From a virus: a stretch of 64,000 nucleotides of DNA. Location: positions 11,870 through 75,869 of the IMG/VR virus record IMGVR_UViG_3300025086_000015, one strand, 5' to 3'. The first letter of the stretch is position 1, and every line of letters starts with the position of its first letter. The notes below the pieces were generated by a model that did no database searches, was not told the DNA's origin, and saw only the letters and a list, made by a program, of their open reading frames with translations. Positions 56,389 to 64,000 of the stretch are shown here, one piece after another. Made by a program: the position numbers and the translations under genes.

Positions 56389-58815
56389 TTATTTGTAAGC
56401 TACTTCGTCTGTGCTTCTGCCCCTCATTTTAGCTCTCAGTTGTGATACTAAAGTAGGGTTTTGTTTTTGATATAAAGCCCATACAGATTCATTTAATTTA
56501 CCATTTACTAGCCACGGTAAGTTCTTACCTTCATGCTGCAAATATAACATTCCTTGCTGATCTTTTACAAATTGATTGCTATATTCTGGCTTTCCTAGAA
56601 TAATGTCAAGTAAATATTGATCTTCATACATTCTTTGGTATTGTAAAACAGTTTCTTGAGTACCTCCAACACCTGCAGCTGAATACTGCGCCTGTAGGTC
56701 AATATACTCTCCTAAGTTTGCACTTCTACCTGTAGATCTTTTAATTTGAACTAGCTGTTGTCTTATAGCTTCTTGGTACGCTAAATTAGGTAAGCCCATT
56801 TTTAGCGCAGTGTTTCCTAATAATCCAGACTGTAGTTGTTGTTGTAAATCTCTACCTGGTTTTAACTCCATAATTTTAGATACTCCATTTTTATTTCTAA
56901 ATTGGAATCTTAAAGGTTGATTTGTTAAAGGATCAGCCTCGTACACATCTGTAACTTGACCTCCTTGCCATAAATCCATATTAAGATTACCATTTTTATC
57001 TGTACCTAAAAACTCTTTTAAATCTTCTTCACTAGTAACTCCCATGATATTCCAATCTTGGAATGGGTCAGAATTAATAATAGTTTTATTTATAGATTTT
57101 TGTATTTTTTCTCCATCAGCACCACCGTCAGTAGTATATCCATTTTGAGTTAATGTCATACCATTCTTTTCAATATGATCCATTACAGCATCTCCTGTTA
57201 TACCATTATCTTCAGCGGCAAACCAGCTATATGTACCCATAGCTAACTCTTTTAACCTTGGAATATCTTCTTTAGTATAGTTAGTACCTAAAGCCTCATT
57301 AATCTTTTTAACATCCATGTCTTTATCATCCTCATCACCAAACAATTCCTCCATTAACTGATCTTCTTCACTATCTACAAGAGCTCCCCACAAACCTTCT
57401 AAAGTGCTTAATTCACCGCTATGGTTGTTAGCAGCACTAGCTCTGTGCCAGTCTCTTACATTTCTAAATTTATCCATTTCCATAGCAACACCTTCTGCTA
57501 CACCACTAATAAATCCAGTAGCACCACCTATAAGTCCTCCACCTAGACCTCCACCAAGAGCTCCAGCAGCAGTACCTACACCCGGAACGATAAATGTTCC
57601 TCCAGCCGCACCATATCCTGCACCAGTAGTACCACCAACAGCAATTCCTTGTAGACCTCTAGTACTTGCATTACCAAACACATTACCATAATCAGTATCA
57701 CTGTCGTAAGTATTAATAGTTAGCATTTTAGTTAACTCAAAGAATTTCTCATCTCCATCTTGGTTATGTGCTCTTTGTAATTCATTCCATCTATCTAATT
57801 TTGCTTGGCCTCCTTCTCCTTGGTTTAGTAAATAAGCCTTTACAGAATCATCTAACATGCTTTGATTAAATGCAAGTCTAGCCATTTTATCTTCATCTGA
57901 CATATTTGGATTTTGCAAAATAGATAAATTTTGTAGTGCATTTAACTGAGGCTTATCATTTGTTATACCTTTAGTTGAAGTTGTTCCAGAAGTCATAATA
58001 CCAAGAGGTAATCCTAAAGAAGATGTTCCTCCTTCTCCTTTCTTTGGAGCTGTTACTTTATCGTATACATATTGTCTAGTAAATCCTTTAAGACGATGCA
58101 TTATATCTTTTTTAGCTAAAACTTGTTTTTGCTCATCACTTAAATTATCTGGAAGTTCTAATTCTACAAGTCTTCTAAAATCTTGTTTTCCTGCATCACT
58201 TTCTATATAGTTATTATACATCATAGCAGCTACTCTGTCTGCTTTACCTACAGTAATTCCTTCCCAATTATAATTAGTATCTGCTTTAATAGTCTTAAGT
58301 AATCCAGACATTTCTGCATCATAATCTAATCTTTGCTCAACCATTGGTTCATATATATTACTTCGGAATATTTCAGCTTCTTTATCAAAATAGTAAGATA
58401 CGTGATTCTTTGCAGCTCCTTGACCAAAGTCTAAAACTTGCTTTCCTTCCATTCTAGCCTTTCTTAAAAACTCTAATTCTTGAGCTCTATTTACGTATGA
58501 TTTTTTAGCTGCTATAAGTCCAGGATCTTGATCTACATGGTTAGCAGCATCTTGTATTGCAAGTCCCGCATTCTCATAATCACCCTGTTCATTAACATTA
58601 TTTAAAAACCCTTTTACTTCTTTTTTAGCCGCTTCTACTAAAGCTTTATCTCCATCCATTACTTCTAATTGCGCTAAAGTACGATCAATCATATCTTTAC
58701 CTTGCTTGTTTTGATCGTATCTTTGTCTAAGAACTTGATTTACTTGAACAGATTGAGGGTCAACATACTGACTTACAAAAGGTTTTAATTCGTATCTACT
58801 ATATTTATTTGCCAT
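56389..58815 (-). CDS. Ejection (cargo) protein with glycine-zipper membrane segment
   Basis: 808 aa; GGTTGAGYGAAGGTFIVPGVGTAAGALGGGLGGGLIGG; directly upstream of the RNAP gene. Confidence 0.65.
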   Translation of the reverse strand: MANKYSRYELKPFVSQYVDPQSVQVNQVLRQRYDQNKQGKDMIDRTLAQLEVMDGDKALVEAAKKEVKGFLNNVNEQGDYENAGLAIQDAANHVDQDPGLIAAKKSYVNRAQELEFLRKARMEGKQVLDFGQGAAKNHVSYYFDKEAEIFRSNIYEPMVEQRLDYDAEMSGLLKTIKADTNYNWEGITVGKADRVAAMMYNNYIESDAGKQDFRRLVELELPDNLSDEQKQVLAKKDIMHRLKGFTRQYVYDKVTAPKKGEGGTSSLGLPLGIMTSGTTSTKGITNDKPQLNALQNLSILQNPNMSDEDKMARLAFNQSMLDDSVKAYLLNQGEGGQAKLDRWNELQRAHNQDGDEKFFELTKMLTINTYDSDTDYGNVFGNASTRGLQGIAVGGTTGAGYGAAGGTFIVPGVGTAAGALGGGLGGGLIGGATGFISGVAEGVAMEMDKFRNVRDWHRASAANNHSGELSTLEGLWGALVDSEEDQLMEELFGDEDDKDMDVKKINEALGTNYTKEDIPRLKELAMGTYSWFAAEDNGITGDAVMDHIEKNGMTLTQNGYTTDGGADGEKIQKSINKTIINSDPFQDWNIMGVTSEEDLKEFLGTDKNGNLNMDLWQGGQVTDVYEADPLTNQPLRFQFRNKNGVSKIMELKPGRDLQQQLQSGLLGNTALKMGLPNLAYQEAIRQQLVQIKRSTGRSANLGEYIDLQAQYSAAGVGGTQETVLQYQRMYEDQYLLDIILGKPEYSNQFVKDQQGMLYLQHEGKNLPWLVNGKLNESVWALYQKQNPTLVSQLRAKMRGRSTDEVAYK

Positions 58816-61516
58816 ATCGTCTCATTTTTTTCTTATACCCTCCCATTCTTGCTAATGTACTTTCTTCCTCTTTCTTTTCTTTTTCCTTTTTAGGGGGTAT
58901 TACTGGTTTATTTCTCTTGTTGAATTCAGTCATTAAAGAATTATAATCATCATCTCCAACATTGTATCCTGCAGCTATTAAGTCTTCGCTGTAAGCTTCT
59001 CTATTATATACACCTGTTTGACCTGAAATAGCTCTTGCCATCCTTTCTTGAGCGTCATATGCAAGCTTATCTTTACGCATAGATGCAATACCTTTAACAG
59101 CATTATCTACAGCCATTAAACGTCTGTCTTTAGTAGCCGCTTTAGCTGCCGCATTAAACTCATCTACAGTCATTTTATTTTTAGCATTTTCTATAGAAGC
59201 TCTTTGTTGAGATTGTGCGTTAGCTTGACTAGCATTTAATGCGTTACCAGCATTTGTTGCTCTTCTTTGTGCCTCTAAAGAAGCTTCTTGATTTGCAATT
59301 GCTGTGTTAGCTCTAGCCTCTTGAGCTTTAATTTTCATATCCGCATCTTGCTTTTTACTATAAGATGCCATTCTATTTATCATAGAAGCTGGACCGCCCC
59401 CAGAAGTTTCTATAAATCTATTTAACGCATTAGCGTCATTTGCATTTCTAGCTAATTGATCATTAAAATCTACTCGATCTAATCTAACTTTAGCCATTCT
59501 TTCTGGTATAATAGTTCCAGGTTTAACTAAATCCGCTTTATCCATATAATCAGGCTTTTCTAAAAATGCCATTGCTGCAGGTAAAAATTGTGCAGCATTA
59601 ACTAAAGCTCCAGACCAATCTCTCTTTTTCTTTTTCTTTTCTGGATCAGTTGGGTCTGGATCATCTGGATCAGTTTCTGGAGTTTCTTCCGGATCTTCAG
59701 GAACCTCTTCTGGAGCATCTCCAGCTTTAAATCCTGTTCTAATAGTTTGCTCTCCAAATTTACTATCTTCTTGTATTTTGTTTTCTGGGTTTAACTTATT
59801 CCAAGCTTTTTGATATTTTAATACAAACGCAGGATCATTCATTTGGCTATAGTCTGTAATCCCCGCTAATTTTAATACTTCTGGATTAATATTTGACATC
59901 CACTCAGCTCCAAAGTCTTCATGTCCTGTAATATACTTTTGAAGCTCTGCATCATCCATATAGTATTGCATATCATTATGATTTACTCCTGGCTGGTATC
60001 CTGGAATATCTCCATAGTCAGACAAATAAACATCAGAAGCTACAGTTAAATTATCTTTCTTCTTTTTCTCTTCCATTTTATTTAAAGTAGAAGTATTTGA
60101 TTTTTTGTCTTCTGACTCTGATTCACTGTCTGTAGCATTTGGATCAGGTCCTTTTTTATAAGACTCTGTTTCCGGATCCCAATAAAATCCTCTGTCAAGA
60201 CGTTTTCTATGAAAATCTTTTTGCCTGTCAGTCATTTCTTTACCTTTAACTAAAGGGTATTGATCGTTATCTTCAAAAGTATTAGTTTCTCTATCTAATG
60301 TAGTATTAGTTTCTTCTTCTTTCTTTTTAACTTGATCTGCTATATCTTTATTTTCCATGATAGTTCTTGTAACATTGTTGACAGTATTATTATAGGTAGT
60401 AATACCTTGTGTTTGATCATCTATACCATCCATGTTTAAGTCTTGATAAAGAATTCTACCTGCTGAATCATAAACTGTTCCGTCTTGCTCAAAAGCTCCT
60501 TCTACTTTTAAAGCATCTTCTTTAGCTCCTCCTTTTTTATATCTTTGTCCACCAGTGCTAGCGATTTTACTTACATCTCTACCAGCTGCATGTTCTTGCA
60601 TTCTAGCTAGCAAATCAATATCTTCTTGACTGCCTCCGTCTTGTAAAATCTTTTTATGATGATCAGCGTAAGACATTCCACCTTTCTTTAAATGGTCTGA
60701 GAAAAAATAATCTTTTCTTTGTCCACCATTTTTAGCGGATACAGTTACTTTGTCCATAGTTTCTCCATCTTCAACTTCAGTTTTATCATCTAAAAGAATA
60801 CCACTCTTAGAACCCATTCCGGATTCGTCATGCTTATTCCCAATAAACTCTACAGCATCTGAATTTGGAATAGGAGATACTACTCCTCCTGGCACTGTCT
60901 CAGCCTGCTGTTCTTCTGCTGCTATATTAGAGAGTGATTCACCACCTGTATTATATCTCTCCATCTGGTCCATATATCCACCTGTTTGTCTATTCTGAAC
61001 CGTCATAGCATTAGCTATTTTCTTAGCTTTAAATCCTTTAGCTATTTTAGTACCTCCCATAAAAGCCAAAGCATCATCTGCTTTACGTAATAAAGGCCCA
61101 ACTCCTTTAGCTGCACCTGTAAGTATTTTACCAAAAGGAATTACTCCTACAGTGTTACCTGCGGCAGCTAGTATATTTTTTCCACTTGGCTCATTTTTAA
61201 CATTTTTATAAGATTGTGCTAGCCTTAACGCAGAAGGTATTCCTGTCATTTCTGCTATAAGTTGAGTTGGAGCTCCATGAGTACTTCCTCCGGGAGCCAT
61301 ACTAAAATTTGTTATTTTATTAGCCGCTCTATTTAATTTAGCAGATATACTATCATCTGTTGCTGTAATAGTTCCTTTTGCTTTATCCAAATCTTCTTGA
61401 GAAATTACAGGCATATCTGGATGTCTAGGTATATTCATATGAGGCCCACCATGGTTATACCTACGTTTCATTTTAGCTCTTTGAGCTAATTTATCTAAAA
61501 GTCTAATGTTTTTCAT
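58805..61516 (-). CDS. Cargo/ejection protein with repeated xxxGG motifs
   Basis: 903 aa; GNKHDESG...EVEDGE...YFFSDHL domain, repeated GG motifs, A/N/Q-rich coiled coil. Confidence 0.65.
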   Translation of the reverse strand: MKNIRLLDKLAQRAKMKRRYNHGGPHMNIPRHPDMPVISQEDLDKAKGTITATDDSISAKLNRAANKITNFSMAPGGSTHGAPTQLIAEMTGIPSALRLAQSYKNVKNEPSGKNILAAAGNTVGVIPFGKILTGAAKGVGPLLRKADDALAFMGGTKIAKGFKAKKIANAMTVQNRQTGGYMDQMERYNTGGESLSNIAAEEQQAETVPGGVVSPIPNSDAVEFIGNKHDESGMGSKSGILLDDKTEVEDGETMDKVTVSAKNGGQRKDYFFSDHLKKGGMSYADHHKKILQDGGSQEDIDLLARMQEHAAGRDVSKIASTGGQRYKKGGAKEDALKVEGAFEQDGTVYDSAGRILYQDLNMDGIDDQTQGITTYNNTVNNVTRTIMENKDIADQVKKKEEETNTTLDRETNTFEDNDQYPLVKGKEMTDRQKDFHRKRLDRGFYWDPETESYKKGPDPNATDSESESEDKKSNTSTLNKMEEKKKKDNLTVASDVYLSDYGDIPGYQPGVNHNDMQYYMDDAELQKYITGHEDFGAEWMSNINPEVLKLAGITDYSQMNDPAFVLKYQKAWNKLNPENKIQEDSKFGEQTIRTGFKAGDAPEEVPEDPEETPETDPDDPDPTDPEKKKKKRDWSGALVNAAQFLPAAMAFLEKPDYMDKADLVKPGTIIPERMAKVRLDRVDFNDQLARNANDANALNRFIETSGGGPASMINRMASYSKKQDADMKIKAQEARANTAIANQEASLEAQRRATNAGNALNASQANAQSQQRASIENAKNKMTVDEFNAAAKAATKDRRLMAVDNAVKGIASMRKDKLAYDAQERMARAISGQTGVYNREAYSEDLIAAGYNVGDDDYNSLMTEFNKRNKPVIPPKKEKEKKEEESTLARMGGYKKKMRRYGK

Positions 61517-61527
61517 ATATAATTTTT

Positions 61528-62784
61528 TTAAGCGTAAGCATATCTAGGCATACCTCTATACCCTCCACGTCTTGCTGTTACATTTCTACCTAAGTCGTAT
61601 CCAGAATAAGATTTTTGTTTAACTTCTCCTGCTCTTTTTCTTACCATCTGAGCTCCTAAATCCTCTCCAACTTCTTTGTTAAATGCTTTAATTTTTTCTG
61701 CTCTTTCATGCTTTAAGTTACTTGCTGCTTTCTTAGCTTTGGCTTGTCCGTAAAGTCCTTTTCCTAATCCATATAAACCACCTACAATTGCTCCTGCTAC
61801 ATTTCCTACACCTGGAACAACTGTTCCTAATGCAGCTGCAGTTGACATACCTGTACCTACACCAGATAAAATATCTCCAGTAACTTCTCCTGCGTTGTAT
61901 TTAGTATCGTCATCATCTCCCCAAATCTTTTTAGCCGCATATCCAGCCCCTGAAGCAATTAAACCTATACCTGCCCCAGATGTAGCAAAGTCTTTTAGAC
62001 CTTTTCCTATTGCAGATCCTTTAGCCATAGCTTGAGTACTTTTAGATGCTGCCATATATCCATCTTTACCCATAGTTGTAGACATTTCTACTAATGGTGT
62101 TTTTAACAGTGAAGTGGATTGTTTTATCTGATCTGCAGTTTTAAACCCGTCCAGAGTCATCTTTCCAGTTTTATAAGTATCAAGCATACTTTTAGTAGCA
62201 TCAAGACTTTGTTTAGCTCCTTCAAAAGTTTTTTTCATTTTCCAGGCTTGTTCTCCCATCTTAAGTCTTTGACTTACATCAAAAGCAGTTTTTGCTTTAT
62301 TAAACCCTTGAACCATGTCCATAGTTTTCTTAGCACTTCTAGTTCCTTGGTATATATTTCTTGCAGATTTTAAAGCACCTAAAGTACTTTGCTTATCTTT
62401 TTTAGCTTGTGTTGCAGCATCAAAATTTCCTTCTCCAAAAAGTCCTGCACCTTCTCCTAGAGTTAAAGCTTGGTTAGTCATTCCAACTACACCTTCAGAT
62501 TGAGCGTCAGCTTCTTGCTTGGCTGCAGCAATTTTATCTGCGTCTTGTGCTTTTTCTGCATCAATTTCTTTAGCCATATCTTCTGTCTTAGTAATAGCTC
62601 CCTCTGTTTCTGCTTGTAGTGCCGCTTCTCTCTTAGCTTGAATTTCAGGATTATCTTCTTGGTACACAGTCATAGCAGTAGATCCTATACCCGCTGGAAT
62701 TTGATTTTCAGCATACATACCTGCAGTAGCATATCTTTTCCTTCTTGTTACTTTTTTCTTATTTCTTTTATTTAGTTTTTTCAT
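61528..62784 (-). CDS. Ejection/pilot protein with Gly/Ala-rich transmembrane segments
   Basis: 418 aa; GVGTGMSTAAALGTVVPGVGNVAGAIVGGLYGLG; basic N-terminus. Confidence 0.6.
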   Translation of the reverse strand: MKKLNKRNKKKVTRRKRYATAGMYAENQIPAGIGSTAMTVYQEDNPEIQAKREAALQAETEGAITKTEDMAKEIDAEKAQDADKIAAAKQEADAQSEGVVGMTNQALTLGEGAGLFGEGNFDAATQAKKDKQSTLGALKSARNIYQGTRSAKKTMDMVQGFNKAKTAFDVSQRLKMGEQAWKMKKTFEGAKQSLDATKSMLDTYKTGKMTLDGFKTADQIKQSTSLLKTPLVEMSTTMGKDGYMAASKSTQAMAKGSAIGKGLKDFATSGAGIGLIASGAGYAAKKIWGDDDDTKYNAGEVTGDILSGVGTGMSTAAALGTVVPGVGNVAGAIVGGLYGLGKGLYGQAKAKKAASNLKHERAEKIKAFNKEVGEDLGAQMVRKRAGEVKQKSYSGYDLGRNVTARRGGYRGMPRYAYA

Positions 62785-62785
62785 T

Positions 62786-64000
62786 TTATCTGTATAGTTT
62801 TTTTGCTCCTACTGCTGTAGAATGCAAATTTATTAAATTATTTGATATATTGTTATATATTAAGCGTATTCCTAACCATCTATCTATAAACTTCTTTCTT
62901 TGGAAAAAAGGTTTAACAGCTGGAGGTAGTATCATATACGCTGGTGTAGGAGTTTCTACCATACCTGCATAAGTAAACATTGGTATAGTGCTTGACGTAG
63001 TTAATGTCCCTGTACTTATTGCTCCTACAACATTTGGTGTTCCTGGAGTATAGTAAGCAGAAGCGTCAACCGCTAAGTCTGCTAAGTCTCTAAACTTATT
63101 TATATTCCACTGATTTCCTATTCTTCTTATATTTACTAAATACTCTATAGGACTAGACTCTTTATCTCCTGAAATTTGAAATGTGTTAAATACATAAAAA
63201 CTTGTAAATCCTGCATCTAGTATAAGATTGTTATCATTATCATAGACATCAGCTACATATGAAATATTATGATACACAGAGTCTGCTTGTCTTAATTCAT
63301 TGTGGATAGGCTCAAATTCAAAGTTATAGTAATTTCTATCTAAACTAAATTGCTCTTGATATAAAATTCCTTTTTCTCCTTCGTTATGTTTCCACACACC
63401 CGAATTACCGTAACTTGTAAATGGGTCGTCAGCACCAGATGACATGTTAACTCCTCCAGTACCAATAATACCATTTAAATGATTTGTGTATAAATCTGTA
63501 AAAGAATAAAAAGTTTTTGTAGTATTAAAATATCTATATGGAATATAGTCATGAAAACTTGACCATACAGCTAATTCTGGGAAATATGATATAGTCCATC
63601 CTGTAGGCGTAAAGTAATTAGTATCATCCCAAGCTAAAGGAACAACATCAAGACACGGCTGTCCAGGAAGAGCTAAACAAGGAATGTACATTGTGTACTG
63701 ACATAAATTTTTATTCCAAGCAATTTTTCCTGGAGGAGTTGGGATTGTATTTGGCAAATTCCATCCTGTAAGAAAAGCAGCTGTAGGTTCTAAATCTCGT
63801 TTTGTTAGTATAATTCTTTTATATTTAGGATCATATATTGAAGTTAATCCTATCCCTATTGTTGGGTTATCCATAATCCCACACGGTGCAGCGCTAAACC
63901 CGCCGTAGCCTGATAACATCGTTCCTAAATTTTCTCTAAACCAAGCCTCCATTCCTACTTTACTAATTTCAACTAGCTTGTCTTGCATTAAGAAAACTTT
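62786..64000 (-). CDS. Tail muzzle / stabilisation protein, C-terminal part (begins beyond the right edge)
   Basis: IYDPKYKRIILTKRD, WTISY...WSSFHDYIP and WNINKFRD motifs; directly upstream of the cargo genes as in crAss-like phages; the frame is open at the window edge. Confidence 0.7.
   Translation of the reverse strand, partial: KVFLMQDKLVEISKVGMEAWFRENLGTMLSGYGGFSAAPCGIMDNPTIGIGLTSIYDPKYKRIILTKRDLEPTAAFLTGWNLPNTIPTPPGKIAWNKNLCQYTMYIPCLALPGQPCLDVVPLAWDDTNYFTPTGWTISYFPELAVWSSFHDYIPYRYFNTTKTFYSFTDLYTNHLNGIIGTGGVNMSSGADDPFTSYGNSGVWKHNEGEKGILYQEQFSLDRNYYNFEFEPIHNELRQADSVYHNISYVADVYDNDNNLILDAGFTSFYVFNTFQISGDKESSPIEYLVNIRRIGNQWNINKFRDLADLAVDASAYYTPGTPNVVGAISTGTLTTSSTIPMFTYAGMVETPTPAYMILPPAVKPFFQRKKFIDRWLGIRLIYNNISNNLINLHSTAVGAKKLYR

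Noticed and set aside
221-62972. Short opposite-strand or nested track ORFs (e.g. 221-436, 2810-3226, 8754-9020, 20998-21279, 48571-48978, 57404-57691)
   Set aside because: They are shadows of long genuine genes, with atypical composition and no A-rich leaders
1-64000. Stop-codon reassignment as seen in some Crassvirales
   Set aside because: TerL, portal, MCP, PolA and the 4318 aa RNAP are uninterrupted in the standard code; TAG and TGA both end genes; no suppressor tRNA seen

Overview
AT-rich, gene-dense 64 kb segment of a crAss-like (Crassvirales-type) podophage, read in the standard genetic code. Bacteroidota-type TAnnTTTG promoters and A-rich, SD-less translation starts point to a Bacteroidota host. 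There are three blocks. (i) A minus-strand packaging/head operon (15860 to 1) encodes GroES, an HU/IHF-like protein, TerL, portal, an acidic scaffold-like protein, the major capsid protein, and ring and auxiliary virion proteins. (ii) A plus-strand early/replication block (16359-38155) has small membrane ORFs, PolA, an SF2 helicase, DnaB, an AAA ATPase, an SSB-like protein, primase, nucleases and an rIIA / spore-photoproduct-lyase / rIIB cassette. (iii) A minus-strand tail/ejection block (64000 to 38248) encodes a muzzle-like protein, cargo proteins, a 4318 aa virion RNA polymerase and a 1723 aa peptidase/nuclease polyprotein. The least explained feature is the nearly ORF-free 15.9-18.0 kb divergent region, which is tiled with self-closing, highly base-paired RNA-like domains: a ~230 nt doubly pseudoknotted element, two ~80-90 nt four-way junctions, a ~400 nt element containing a variant hammerhead-ribozyme core, and a ~490 nt element. 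Further structured elements lie at 19.9-20.07 kb and 22.4-22.6 kb. All calls come from reading motifs and pairings by eye; no searches or folding programs were run.
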